DNA of 64,000 nt from Spirochaetota bacterium (lineage in GTDB: Bacteria > Spirochaetota > UBA6919 > CBDBPB01). The notes beneath the pieces were generated by a model. That model had not been told where the DNA came from. It did no database searches and saw only the letters and a list, made by a program, of their open reading frames with translations. This document shows, one piece after another, positions 1 through 9,862 of this stretch. The stretch's first letter is position 1. Every line of letters starts with the position of its first letter. The stretch lies in assembly GCA_965208615.1 (NCBI GenBank), contig CBDBPB010000007.1, positions 384,001-448,000 of the forward strand. Reading direction: 5' to 3'. The translations under genes were made by a program, and so were the position numbers.

Positions 1-1
1 A

Positions 2-1024
2 TATCAAAACTTATTGCTAAGGTCAATACCACAAAGTTTGTTAGCTGATATTTATAATTTGCTTTCTAGCGAGCTAGACCTAAGTACAAATCAGCTAATC
101 TATTCCAAGGTTGTTAGTTGTACTGGAGCGGCTACATGTAAGTTGGGGGTATGTTTTTCAAGAGAGCTGGTTAAGGAGATAACTAATAAACTTGAGAGGT
201 CTAAGCAAAACATTAAAACCCTTAAAACCCTTAACATAAAGCTTTCTGGATGCCCTAACAACTGTGGACAACACTCAATAGCAGACTTAGGTTTTTTTGG
301 TAGGGTAGGCAGGAATGATAGTGGGCTATACCCGGTTTATAGTATTTTAGTTAAGCCTAATAATGGAGGTGATGTTAATTTGGCAAAGAATATTGGTAAT
401 ATACCGGCTAAAGGGATTCCTGACTTTATTTTAACCCTTTTGGATGGGTATAATAAGTTAAAAAATAAACCTAAAGACTTTAAAACATATATTGCGAACC
501 TTGAATATGACAAGCTATTAGCATTATTGGATAAGCATTCTAATGTAGGCTCTTTTGATGATAATCCTAATGCCTATTATGACTGGGGTTCTGGGGATAG
601 ATTTTCTCTTGTGGGCAAGGGTGAGGCAGAGTGTTCAGCTGGATTACTTGATCTTGTTAATCATGATTTTCAGTCAGTTGAACGTTTAAGGGTTAGGTTG
701 AAAAGCTCGGCTAATCATTCTATGAATCTTAGAAAGATATTATTTCATAGTTTAAGGGCTATGGTCATAACCCAAAAGTTTGAGCCTAAGGATGATGAAG
801 TAATTCCAAAGTTTAAAGAGTTATTTGTCGATCAAAATATAATTTTGGATAAATATAAGCCACTAATCTTTTTTGCTGATAAAAACCCTAATAAAGATGA
901 TATTTTGAATAATAAACTAAATATATTAGAGTTTGCGTCTTACTTAAAAGATCTATATGATAATGTGGATGATCATTTGCGCTTTAAGCCTATAATGGCA
1001 AAAGAACAAACTAGTAAAAATTAA
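2..1024 (+). CDS. Nitrite/sulfite reductase (siroheme, 4Fe-4S), C-terminal part; truncated at window start
   Basis: Siroheme/4Fe-4S motifs SCTGAATCKLG and SGCPNNCGQH; frame is open back to base 2; helical C-terminal extension after YYDWG..GEAECSAG. Confidence 0.8.
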   Translation, partial: YQNLLLRSIPQSLLADIYNLLSSELDLSTNQLIYSKVVSCTGAATCKLGVCFSRELVKEITNKLERSKQNIKTLKTLNIKLSGCPNNCGQHSIADLGFFGRVGRNDSGLYPVYSILVKPNNGGDVNLAKNIGNIPAKGIPDFILTLLDGYNKLKNKPKDFKTYIANLEYDKLLALLDKHSNVGSFDDNPNAYYDWGSGDRFSLVGKGEAECSAGLLDLVNHDFQSVERLRVRLKSSANHSMNLRKILFHSLRAMVITQKFEPKDDEVIPKFKELFVDQNIILDKYKPLIFFADKNPNKDDILNNKLNILEFASYLKDLYDNVDDHLRFKPIMAKEQTSKN

Positions 1025-1051
1025 AGAGATTATATTATAATTAGGTTAGTT

Positions 1052-1083
1052 GGGTCAAAGGGTTGATAAAAGACTTTTGACCC
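1052..1083. terminator. Hairpin between convergent genes (likely bidirectional terminator)
   Basis: GGGTCAAAG...CTTTTGACCC inverted repeat. Confidence 0.55.
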
Positions 1084-1109
1084 TTATTTTATATTAGCTA
1101 TAATATATT

Positions 1110-2627
1110 TTAATAATCTCTATCTTTTAGTTTTTTACCTTTTTCTTTTTTAGAGAGTTCAATAAGTTCTTCTATGGAATATTTAGTCCTTTTTTTAGTG
1201 GATAGATCAATATCCTCTCTAAAAATAAAGCTTGCCATTGGATAATGATCAATAGCATTTTTTACAAGGCTTTGACCGTTTTTAAGGTAGTTCTCATTAA
1301 TACCGGTTGTATACATCATATATTTAGCATTTTCAGAGTTAACTCTAACATGGAGTGCCTGTATTATAATTTTATCTACTTTAGATGTTTTAGGGAGTTT
1401 AATATTAGCAGTCCAATTTCTGGCTTCTTTTGGCTTTAGCCTGTTATCAAAGAGTTTTTTAGCAATAGGCATCCACTCCCATCTTTGACCAATAAAGTGT
1501 TTTTTTTGTTTAATTAGCTTATTAGAACTGTCAAACAACTTAACCTGAATAGAGATAAACCGTTCAGGATCACCAGTTGGTAAGTCATGCCCAGCATTCT
1601 TGTTTTCAAACCAAATGTTAATGTTAACTTTATCTTTTATTATATCAACATTTTTTACCTTAACAGCTAAACCAGATATATAGCCTCTTTCTAAGAGTTT
1701 ATCATAGCGATCATACCATTTTGGTATACCTCCGCCAGTCCAGAAGTGACGTCTCGTTTTTCTAATGGGCAATCTATTATCAGGAACCAATCTTCTTTCT
1801 ATATTAGGCATATGGCAGTCAATACATTTTTTATCTTTATATGGTCCATTTGCTAATTCTTCACCAGTTTTAAACCAACAAACAAAATGCTTTGTTAGAG
1901 GCATATCAAATGGACTATGGCAACGATAACAAATACCCTCTAAAAATGTTTTACCTTTTGGCCCATCTTTATTTAGTTTAGGTTCATCCTTTTTGACAGG
2001 ATGAGGTGCTAAATCACTACCATGGGGTCCAATAATATAGCTATTATTTTTATCATCCTGACGTATATGGCATACAGCACAGGTTATAGCTTCTTTTTGC
2101 ATTTCTTTATCAAGCTTTGGATTATTAAGTTTTTCAATATCTCGTATATCGTGTTTAAAGTAGGACTCCCAAAGTGGAGTACCCTTAAGAAGTTGGAAAA
2201 CCTTAGTATTAGGGTCAATAATATATTCCCGTTGATTTTGTATTGGTATATGGCAGTTAAGGCATAGCCACGCAGGCGAACTGTATTTAGCTATTTCCGC
2301 CTGATATTGAATATCTGCTAAAGCAGTAGCATGTATACTGCCCTTCCACTCATCATAAATATCCTTGTGGCAGACAGCACAGTCTTTAGCTTTTACCCCT
2401 AAAGAAAGACCATTTTTATTTAGGGGTTTAAGGTTTTTAATAGCTACTATATACGGCTGTTTTTCAACATTAAATCTATTTTTCAGTTTCATATTACAGT
2501 TAGTATTTAGTAGAATTATTAATAAAACAAGTGAACTTAAATGTAAGTATTTTAGTGGATATAAATTAGTAGTAAAGCCTATCAAGTTCTTTAGCATTTT
2601 TACCTCTCTCAAATAGTACTGGAGCAT
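1110..2627 (-). CDS. Multiheme (penta-heme) cytochrome c, probably exported
   Basis: Five CxxCH motifs (CAVCH, CLNCH, CAVCH, CYRCH, CIDCH); N-terminal hydrophobic stretch ending in Cys; start codon uncertain. Confidence 0.85.
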   Translation of the reverse strand: MLQYYLREVKMLKNLIGFTTNLYPLKYLHLSSLVLLIILLNTNCNMKLKNRFNVEKQPYIVAIKNLKPLNKNGLSLGVKAKDCAVCHKDIYDEWKGSIHATALADIQYQAEIAKYSSPAWLCLNCHIPIQNQREYIIDPNTKVFQLLKGTPLWESYFKHDIRDIEKLNNPKLDKEMQKEAITCAVCHIRQDDKNNSYIIGPHGSDLAPHPVKKDEPKLNKDGPKGKTFLEGICYRCHSPFDMPLTKHFVCWFKTGEELANGPYKDKKCIDCHMPNIERRLVPDNRLPIRKTRRHFWTGGGIPKWYDRYDKLLERGYISGLAVKVKNVDIIKDKVNINIWFENKNAGHDLPTGDPERFISIQVKLFDSSNKLIKQKKHFIGQRWEWMPIAKKLFDNRLKPKEARNWTANIKLPKTSKVDKIIIQALHVRVNSENAKYMMYTTGINENYLKNGQSLVKNAIDHYPMASFIFREDIDLSTKKRTKYSIEELIELSKKEKGKKLKDRDY

Positions 2628-2713
2628 GGCAATTTAAAGCCGTGTACAGCTAAAGTTACTAGTATAGTAACAACAAGTTAGTTATTAAGTTAAAGAAAAT
2701 AATGTTTTAGATG

Positions 2714-2749
2714 TAATATACACTAAACTTTTAGCTTAGTGTATATTAT
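2714..2749 (-). terminator. Hairpin downstream of 2798..3670
   Basis: TAATATACACTAA...TTAGTGTATATTA. Confidence 0.5.
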
Positions 2750-2797
2750 AGAAGATCTTAAAATATCCTATTTAAGATATTTAAACACCTTTATTAC

Positions 2798-3670
2798 TTA
2801 AAAAGTTGGTTCTTTGCCTCTATTAGCAGGTACCCAATATGCAAAGAAATCACTTTTTCGTAGTTTTTTATTAAATCCGCCTTTAGCCATATTCCAACTA
2901 ATCAGAGTATGAGGAAATGCAGAACTAAAAGTTAATGTATCTTTAGCAGAACCATGTTTAACAACAACTTTATAGTTATCACCTTCATTAGAGACGCTTA
3001 CACTAGCACCAACAACTTTGGGATATTTATTACTATTAAACTTAGCTTTATTCCATTTTTTACTTCCAGGAGGATGATTACCAACTAGTGATTTAACCAT
3101 CTTAATATTATAGGATTTTTCATTTAGCCTAAATCTTAAGTATGCAGGAAGTGCATCATAAAAGGTATCAAAAGAATCGGCATCAATAGACTTAGTCATT
3201 TTACCATGATCATTCCAATAGGAGTGCCATACAAACTTACCGTTATCACCAGACTCATCATATCTCATAAAGTGAGCCCCACATCCGTCTTGACTGCCCA
3301 TAACATATTTAACTACTCTTCCTCTTTGATCAATAAACATATCAGCTTTAAAGGCGTAGTTATAAGTTCCTGTTGCAAAGATATCGTGGATAGAGAACTT
3401 TAATACGTAAGAATCAATATTTTTACCAGTTTTGTTATTTATGCCATTGTTCCATGGCTCTGTAACTAAGATCATCTGGCTATTTTTGGTAGTTCTAGCT
3501 TTGCCATACCATTTTAGGGCATAGTTATACCATTGCCATTCAGCCTTACCTTTTTTCCAGTGGCTATTTCCTAAAAAGTCTTTTGCACTAGCATTTGCAA
3601 CATTACTATTTAGCCCAAGAATGAGTATCAGACATAGTGTGGTACTTAAAAAAGTTAAAGTTTTGTTCAT
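2798..3670 (-). CDS. Secreted hypothetical protein
   Basis: Signal peptide ending ANA; 290 aa, Trp/Tyr-rich; GGGG SD-like sequence upstream. Confidence 0.7.
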   Translation of the reverse strand: MNKTLTFLSTTLCLILILGLNSNVANASAKDFLGNSHWKKGKAEWQWYNYALKWYGKARTTKNSQMILVTEPWNNGINNKTGKNIDSYVLKFSIHDIFATGTYNYAFKADMFIDQRGRVVKYVMGSQDGCGAHFMRYDESGDNGKFVWHSYWNDHGKMTKSIDADSFDTFYDALPAYLRFRLNEKSYNIKMVKSLVGNHPPGSKKWNKAKFNSNKYPKVVGASVSVSNEGDNYKVVVKHGSAKDTLTFSSAFPHTLISWNMAKGGFNKKLRKSDFFAYWVPANRGKEPTF

Positions 3671-3959
3671 TAAAAGCCCCCATATTTTATATTATTAAAA
3701 TAGTTACTATCGCTTTCATAAAGATTTATACTAAAAAGCGATTATACTATATTGGACTTTAAAAGTAACAAATTTTAATAGTAAGTCAAAACTTTATATA
3801 AAAAAAATTAAATATTTATAATATCTTTTTTCTATATAAAGAGTTATATGGTACATTTGTTATTTACATTATAAAGTTATCTAAAATATAAAGCTTAAGG
3901 TCTACCTATAGAAATATATATATTAAAAAGTATCTTTTTATAACAAAGGCTTTTTAACA

Positions 3960-4985
3960 CTATATTTTGGATGATAACTTATTAATTGCCCAAACGATAT
4001 ACGAGTTAATATACCTGTCATTATTGTTTAAGAGGGCTTTTAACATTGGAATATAACTATAATTACCTGAATTACCTGCCCCTATTATAACATTAAGCAT
4101 AAAACAACGAAAACCCCTACGCTTTATAGGAGAATGATTAAATATACTGTTAAAATCTTGTTCGTTTATACTAAGCCACTCACTAAGGCTCATTTGTCTG
4201 TTTGACTTAAGGTCAATAACGTTTGTGATAATAGGTTTTTTATTCCACGGACAAACATCCTGACAAATATCGCATCCAAAAACGTAACCACTAAATTTAT
4301 GCCTAAGTTTTTTAGGTATTCCAATCTTAGACTCTATTGTAAGGTATGATATACATTTTCTGGCATTCAGCTTATACGGAGTGATTGCCTTAGTAGGACA
4401 GGCCTCTATACACTTAATACATTTTCCACAATAGTTTTTAGCGGGGATATTAGGTATAAGGGGTATATCAGTGATAATTTCAGCTAAAAATATCCATGAT
4501 CCAAACTTTTTATTTATTAAACAAGTATTTTTACCTATCCATCCAATGCCGGCTTTTTGGGCGTAATACTTTTCAAGTATAGGTCCTGTATCGCAATAGT
4601 ACCTTAAACCAACACCAGGTACTAATTCTTTAATATAACTAGACAAAACCTTTAGTTTTTTAGTTATTAGCTTATGATAATCCTTATTCTGAGCGTATGT
4701 AGATATAATACCGCGAGTTATATTCTTATTGGTTTTGTTATAATAATTAAGACCGCATGATATTATACTTTTTGCACCAGGTAAAATGTTATTAAGGCTT
4801 TCCCTTTTATTAATATTCTTCGCCATATATGCCATAGTACCATAAAGGCCATGTTTTATCCAGTTTTTATAGTGACTAAAGTGATCACAACTAATATCGT
4901 TATAAATACCCACAAGATCAAAGCCAATATTAATAGCCTTTAAGCTGATCTTTTCTTCTAAAGCTATATTTAAGTTTTTATTCAT
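3960..4985 (-). CDS. queG: Epoxyqueuosine reductase QueG
   Basis: DYH, DTGPILEK, AGIGWIGKN, CGKCIKCIEACPT, CISYLTIE, GCDICQDVCPWN motifs. Confidence 0.95.
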   Translation of the reverse strand: MNKNLNIALEEKISLKAINIGFDLVGIYNDISCDHFSHYKNWIKHGLYGTMAYMAKNINKRESLNNILPGAKSIISCGLNYYNKTNKNITRGIISTYAQNKDYHKLITKKLKVLSSYIKELVPGVGLRYYCDTGPILEKYYAQKAGIGWIGKNTCLINKKFGSWIFLAEIITDIPLIPNIPAKNYCGKCIKCIEACPTKAITPYKLNARKCISYLTIESKIGIPKKLRHKFSGYVFGCDICQDVCPWNKKPIITNVIDLKSNRQMSLSEWLSINEQDFNSIFNHSPIKRRGFRCFMLNVIIGAGNSGNYSYIPMLKALLNNNDRYINSYIVWAINKLSSKI

Positions 4986-4993
4986 AATATAGC

Positions 4994-5506
4994 CTATTTT
5001 AATCTTAAACTAAGTCCCAATTGACAAAAGTATACCTCATTACATTTTTTAGCCAATAACTGCCCCATATCACCGGATAAATCAATAAACCGCCTTGCAA
5101 GACTATTATCAGGAATAATCCCTAATCCAACCTCGTTTAAAACAAAGATAATATGGTTATTTAAGGATAGTAAACCTTTAATATTACTTAAGATAGCCTT
5201 CTTAGACTTTTTATGGTATAACATATTGTTTATCCATATTGTAATACAGTCGATTAATATAACAGCTTTTGAGTTTTTAACAGCATCATATATATTAATA
5301 CCCTCTTCTATAGTTGCAAAGCGATCTTTCCTTTGTATTTTATGCTTTTCAATTCTTTTTAGCATATCACTGTCTTTTAGCTCGTTAGTGGCTAAGTATA
5401 TAGGCTTGTGATAAGGGGATAGCTCAAGGGCTTTAAGTTCGGCTAATTTTGACTTTCCACTTTTCATACCTCCAGAATATAGAATCTTTAAGCCAACACT
5501 TTCCAT
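4994..5506 (-). CDS. cobU: Adenosylcobinamide kinase / cobinamide-phosphate guanylyltransferase
   Basis: GGMKSGKS P-loop, RIEKHK, LIDCIT.W, NEVGLGIIP. Confidence 0.92.
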   Translation of the reverse strand: MESVGLKILYSGGMKSGKSKLAELKALELSPYHKPIYLATNELKDSDMLKRIEKHKIQRKDRFATIEEGINIYDAVKNSKAVILIDCITIWINNMLYHKKSKKAILSNIKGLLSLNNHIIFVLNEVGLGIIPDNSLARRFIDLSGDMGQLLAKKCNEVYFCQLGLSLRLK

Positions 5507-6396
5507 AATAATAGCCCAAGTAAAAATAGAAATATTAAAAGGTTTATCCTGTTATGATAAGATAATGCCTTGTATACATAAGCTTTTGAGATAATAATTT
5601 TATTATAGCCAAAGTATGGTTTATTTTTTAGTATGCCGTTGTAGTATGTATTACCACCAAGGGCTATGCCTAATGCACCAGCCATAGCAGATATGGGTAT
5701 ACCAGCATTAGGACTGTCATGTAAGTGGGCAAACTTAAATATATACTTAAGGGATGACAGTCTAAAACTAACTATGAAAATTATAAATCCAGTAATCCTT
5801 GATGGTATGAAATTAACAATGTCATCCAGCCTTGCAGAAAACCGTCCAAACTTATTATATTTATTAGTCCTATATCCCACCATGGAGTCTAATGTGTTAA
5901 TAGCCTTATAAATAAACATAGCCTCAAAACCAAATAACAACAAATAAAAAAGTGGAGCAACTAAACCATCACTTATATTCTCGCTATATGTCTCAATACA
6001 GGCCTTATTAATATCACTGTCATCCATATTGTTAGTATCTCTGCTAACCAGCATAGAAAGCTCTATTTTAGGGTTATTAGAGGTTAAGACGTTCTTCACG
6101 CTGTTATATAACATATTCCCTGCTATACCACTAGATGATATTATACCTAAAATAATAAGCTCAAAGTAGTCTGATCCAAGTTGAACAGCGTATTCTATAA
6201 AATAACTAAACAACAATACCAAAACCAATAAAGATAGGCTAAGGATAATCCCCCTAAAAAAAGAGTCTTTGTAAAATCTTTTTTCAAAGTATGTTATATA
6301 GTCTCCCATAAAGGATATGGGGTGTTTTATTCTAAGCTCTCCAATTATAAGATCGGTTAGGAATGCTAAAAGGCTGATCTCGGTATGAAAAAACAT
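5488..6396 (-). CDS. cbiB: Adenosylcobinamide-phosphate synthase CbiB/CobD
   Basis: VSRDT, ENISDG, YKAINTLDSMVGY, ARLDDI, SPNAG motifs; membrane helices. Confidence 0.95.
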   Translation of the reverse strand: MFFHTEISLLAFLTDLIIGELRIKHPISFMGDYITYFEKRFYKDSFFRGIILSLSLLVLVLLFSYFIEYAVQLGSDYFELIILGIISSSGIAGNMLYNSVKNVLTSNNPKIELSMLVSRDTNNMDDSDINKACIETYSENISDGLVAPLFYLLLFGFEAMFIYKAINTLDSMVGYRTNKYNKFGRFSARLDDIVNFIPSRITGFIIFIVSFRLSSLKYIFKFAHLHDSPNAGIPISAMAGALGIALGGNTYYNGILKNKPYFGYNKIIISKAYVYKALSYHNRINLLIFLFLLGLLLWKVLA

Positions 6397-6450
6397 GCTT
6401 TTATATTAGCGTTATATTCGAAGGATAATCTTAATTATTAATATAAATAT

Positions 6451-7011
6451 TTATGCCTTATGTTTTCTAAAGGTATAGGCCGCAATAAGTCCAGCAATAG
6501 CTCCAAATAAGTGTCCTTCCCAGGATACAAACGGATTAGAAGGAAAAATACCAGATATTATTACACTGCCATAAATCGTAATTACTATAGCTGATAATAT
6601 TATTGGTAATATATTCAATCTAAATACACCGCTTGCGATAATAAAACTAGCAAGTCCAAATACCACCCCACTTGCACCAATATGAATGCCTTCCTTACCA
6701 ATAAACCATACCCCAAGTCCGCTTATGATAATAATAATTAGAGTAGTTCTGTATGCCACATTATAATAATAAATACTGATCATGGTAGCCAAAAAAACTA
6801 AAGGAACAGTGTTTGAGATTAAATGATTTAAATTAGCGTGTAAAAATGGTGCTGTGAAAATACCTATTAATCCACTGGTATCTCGTGGTATAATACCATA
6901 AGAGGTAATATCGAAAGGTATAAGGTGAATGCTGTCGTTAATATAATCAACTAAGTGAACAAACCATAAAAGTCCAATTAAACTTACAACAATATTTAGC
7001 CTATCTCTCAT
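6451..7011 (-). CDS. Rhomboid family intramembrane serine protease
   Basis: PFLH..HL..N, GASG, WEGHLFG; multiple TM helices. Confidence 0.9.
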   Translation of the reverse strand: MRDRLNIVVSLIGLLWFVHLVDYINDSIHLIPFDITSYGIIPRDTSGLIGIFTAPFLHANLNHLISNTVPLVFLATMISIYYYNVAYRTTLIIIIISGLGVWFIGKEGIHIGASGVVFGLASFIIASGVFRLNILPIILSAIVITIYGSVIISGIFPSNPFVSWEGHLFGAIAGLIAAYTFRKHKA

Positions 7012-7085
7012 AAATATACACCGTGTTGTTATTTTGTTTATTTACTTTATAGAAATAATGATTGTATAATGAAGATTTATTGATT

Positions 7086-7108
7086 TTACGCCTTTATAAA
7101 AGGCGTAA
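7086..7108 (-). terminator. Intrinsic terminator after mgsA
   Basis: TTACGCCTTT-ATA-AAAGGCGTAA perfect hairpin just after the mgsA stop. Confidence 0.6.
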
Positions 7109-7115
7109 CTAGTAT

Positions 7116-7511
7116 TTATGTTGCTAACACCTCTTCATTCTTAATAAATAGAGGTGATGATATTATATAGTCTGCTGACTTACGATTACATGCAATAGGT
7201 ACGTCGTATAATACAGCAAGACGCAAGAGAGCTTTAACATCAGTATCGTGTGCTTGTACTGACATAGGATCCCATAAAAATACTACAACATCGACTTTTC
7301 CATCAGATATCATAGCACCAAGTTGTTGATCACCGCCTTCTGGACCGCTTTTAAGAAGGCTAACCTTAAGGTTTACCTCTTTCATAACTAATGTTCCTGT
7401 AGTTTTCGTTCCCCATAGCTCACATTTACTTAGAGTTCCCTTGTTAAATTTAGCCCACTCTACCATGTCTTTTTTTTTGGCATTGTGTGCAATAAGAGCA
7501 ATTTTTCTCAT
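7116..7511 (-). CDS. mgsA: Methylglyoxal synthase
   Basis: IALIAH, TTG, SGPEGGDQQ, WDP, HDTDVKALLRLA. Confidence 0.95.
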   Translation of the reverse strand: MRKIALIAHNAKKKDMVEWAKFNKGTLSKCELWGTKTTGTLVMKEVNLKVSLLKSGPEGGDQQLGAMISDGKVDVVVFLWDPMSVQAHDTDVKALLRLAVLYDVPIACNRKSADYIISSPLFIKNEEVLAT

Positions 7512-7794
7512 AAATTCCCCATAAAATTATACTAAATATTTTAAACTAATTACTATTTTAATAGATAATTAGTACAACTAATAATATATAAGTTAATTAG
7601 TTACATAAAAGATGGGCTAAATAAAGAATAATAACCAAATGCTATATTATTAAGTATTTTTAATCCCTATTTTAATATTTATATAAAAAGTTGTTTAAAG
7701 TCAACTTTCCTATATAAATTATATAGCAACATTAATAATTAGTATAGTTTGTTAACAGAGTGGAAGATTAAATTAGCTCTATTTACTTTACTAA

Positions 7795-8901
7795 TTAATC
7801 AAAGTCTTTGTACCAGTGTTGTTTTTCTTCTTTATCGATAGAATCGCTATTTTGAGAAGGTTTAATAGTTTTGTTAGGTACCATTGGTACTACGATTTTA
7901 ATGTGTTCTCCTTTTGTATGAGCTCCACTTTTGTCAATGGCAATAACATAGTATGACCTTGCGTTTTTTTTACGCTTAAAATAAATAACGGCTATTAAAT
8001 ATACCCCTTGTTTACCTTCATATACTGCCTCAACCAAGATAGCTTTTTTATGCATTTTAAAACCGCTAGAAGAAAACTCAATTTCTTTATAGTTTTTTTC
8101 ATTTTCTTCTTTTACCAAAAAAGACTTAAAAAGTTGTCTTTTACTTTGAAATTTAACTTTAACGCCAATATAACCATCAGACTGAACTTCTTTTAACTTC
8201 ACAATAGTCGGATGATCTTTTATAGTAATTGGTTTTTGGTTTAGAATAATCAAAATAGGATTATCTTTAAAAAAGCCTGCATAATCAGCATATTTACGGT
8301 TAAAAGTACGTATATTTATTTTAACTCCATCTCTTATTTTTACTATGCCATATATCTTTGAGTTACGGTATCCATATACAACATATTTTGGGATTCTTAT
8401 TCTAAAAGAGGTTCCCAAATAATAATCATTTACTGGTGTAGATGACAGTAAAAAATGCAATCCTTGTTTTTTACCAATGAGTCGACCTTTAAAAAGTCTT
8501 TTTTCATTTCCATTTATATGGTTATACCTAGTAGCCCTTAATCCGTATTCGCTTACTTTTTTTCCATTTTCTTTCCAGAAATAGTTTGTTAATAATATTG
8601 ACTTAATATTTTTTTTCTTACGAATAATAAGGTCTAGATAATCACCATCTTTTCCTCTAACCAGCCTAATATCATTTTTTGAGAGTCCAAGACTACCAGG
8701 ATGTTTAAATACTTTTTTAGGTTTAGACCTAGGCTTTTTATAGTATTTATCTACGTTGTTAATTTTATAATCATTATTATCATAGATATTGTTTACTTTT
8801 ACAGGAATATCATCTTGTACATCAACATATTTCGGGTATGTAGTTTTTGCTAATCCAGCTATAAGGATTAGGATTAAAATCGATTCTATAGTTTTACTCA
8901 T
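7795..8901 (-). CDS. Exported hypothetical protein
   Basis: N-terminal hydrophobic segment; 368 aa; GAGG SD upstream. Confidence 0.7.
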   Translation of the reverse strand: MSKTIESILILILIAGLAKTTYPKYVDVQDDIPVKVNNIYDNNDYKINNVDKYYKKPRSKPKKVFKHPGSLGLSKNDIRLVRGKDGDYLDLIIRKKKNIKSILLTNYFWKENGKKVSEYGLRATRYNHINGNEKRLFKGRLIGKKQGLHFLLSSTPVNDYYLGTSFRIRIPKYVVYGYRNSKIYGIVKIRDGVKINIRTFNRKYADYAGFFKDNPILIILNQKPITIKDHPTIVKLKEVQSDGYIGVKVKFQSKRQLFKSFLVKEENEKNYKEIEFSSSGFKMHKKAILVEAVYEGKQGVYLIAVIYFKRKKNARSYYVIAIDKSGAHTKGEHIKIVVPMVPNKTIKPSQNSDSIDKEEKQHWYKDFD

Positions 8902-9083
8902 AATAATTCCTCATATTTATTTTAATTAGCTATAGTTAGCATCGATTAACTTTAAAAATGATAAACTAATAATTTTTCCATTAATTCATCGGCATATAAA
9001 TGCAAAATTCAAACTTCTCCCAATTCTATGAAAAACATATCTTCTATAAAAAGAATATTTATTATAATAATGCCTACAATTAG

Positions 9084-9782
9084 TTATTGACTACTTACCA
9101 CATAAGTAAAGACATACTCTTTATAAAAATAAGCTTTGATTGATAAAGTAATTTCATAATTCTTTTCAGAAAAATATATTTTTAATCTATTATCTTTTAT
9201 ATCGACCAGTTTAGCTTTTTTTAATACCCTCATAAAATGAAAATCTTTTAAGTATTTTGAAACTAACTCTTTAGCAGACCATATCATGGTTAATAATTTT
9301 ATCATACTCAAACTATTTTGCTTTTGCATTATAAGTTTTTCTTCAGCAGGAGTTAAATAATATTTAGTTAATCTTAGGATTTTATTACTAACTTTTTCGA
9401 CATCAACGGCAATTGGATGAACATCTACGGCACAAAAAATGTAATCTTTTCTATGAGAAATAGAAAAATGTATATTTTCAGTTTTTTTGTTACTAACCAA
9501 AAGAAAAGGAGTTCCATTTTTATGACGATTAATACTTATTTGTCTAATATCGAATGCATTATCTTTGCTTAAGTACTTGCTAATACATAATTTTACTAAT
9601 ACACGTCCTCCTAAGAACTCAAGTTTACTTTTTTTACGGCTATAATTATAATATAAAGCTTTTTCGTCATTTGTTAGCATGCTAAACAAATATAGGTGAT
9701 TATAATTAGCGAAATCAATATGCCAAATGTTAAAGTTAGAAAGATCGGCTTTTATATTATTTATAAGTTCATAAAATGTCAT
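9084..9782 (-). CDS. 4'-phosphopantetheinyl transferase (Sfp type)
   Basis: NGTP, FSISH, AVDVE, WSAKE motifs. Confidence 0.85.
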   Translation of the reverse strand: MTFYELINNIKADLSNFNIWHIDFANYNHLYLFSMLTNDEKALYYNYSRKKSKLEFLGGRVLVKLCISKYLSKDNAFDIRQISINRHKNGTPFLLVSNKKTENIHFSISHRKDYIFCAVDVHPIAVDVEKVSNKILRLTKYYLTPAEEKLIMQKQNSLSMIKLLTMIWSAKELVSKYLKDFHFMRVLKKAKLVDIKDNRLKIYFSEKNYEITLSIKAYFYKEYVFTYVVSSQ

Positions 9783-9862
9783 TATTATTATGGATAATTA
9801 TCAAGTTCTAAGCAACCTCTAAAGAGTTGATCATTCTATTATATTTAGTTAAAAGCAATAAT

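Noticed and set aside
9084-9782. PPTase as a marker of an NRPS/PKS cluster
   Set aside because: No carrier-protein or synthase genes in the window.
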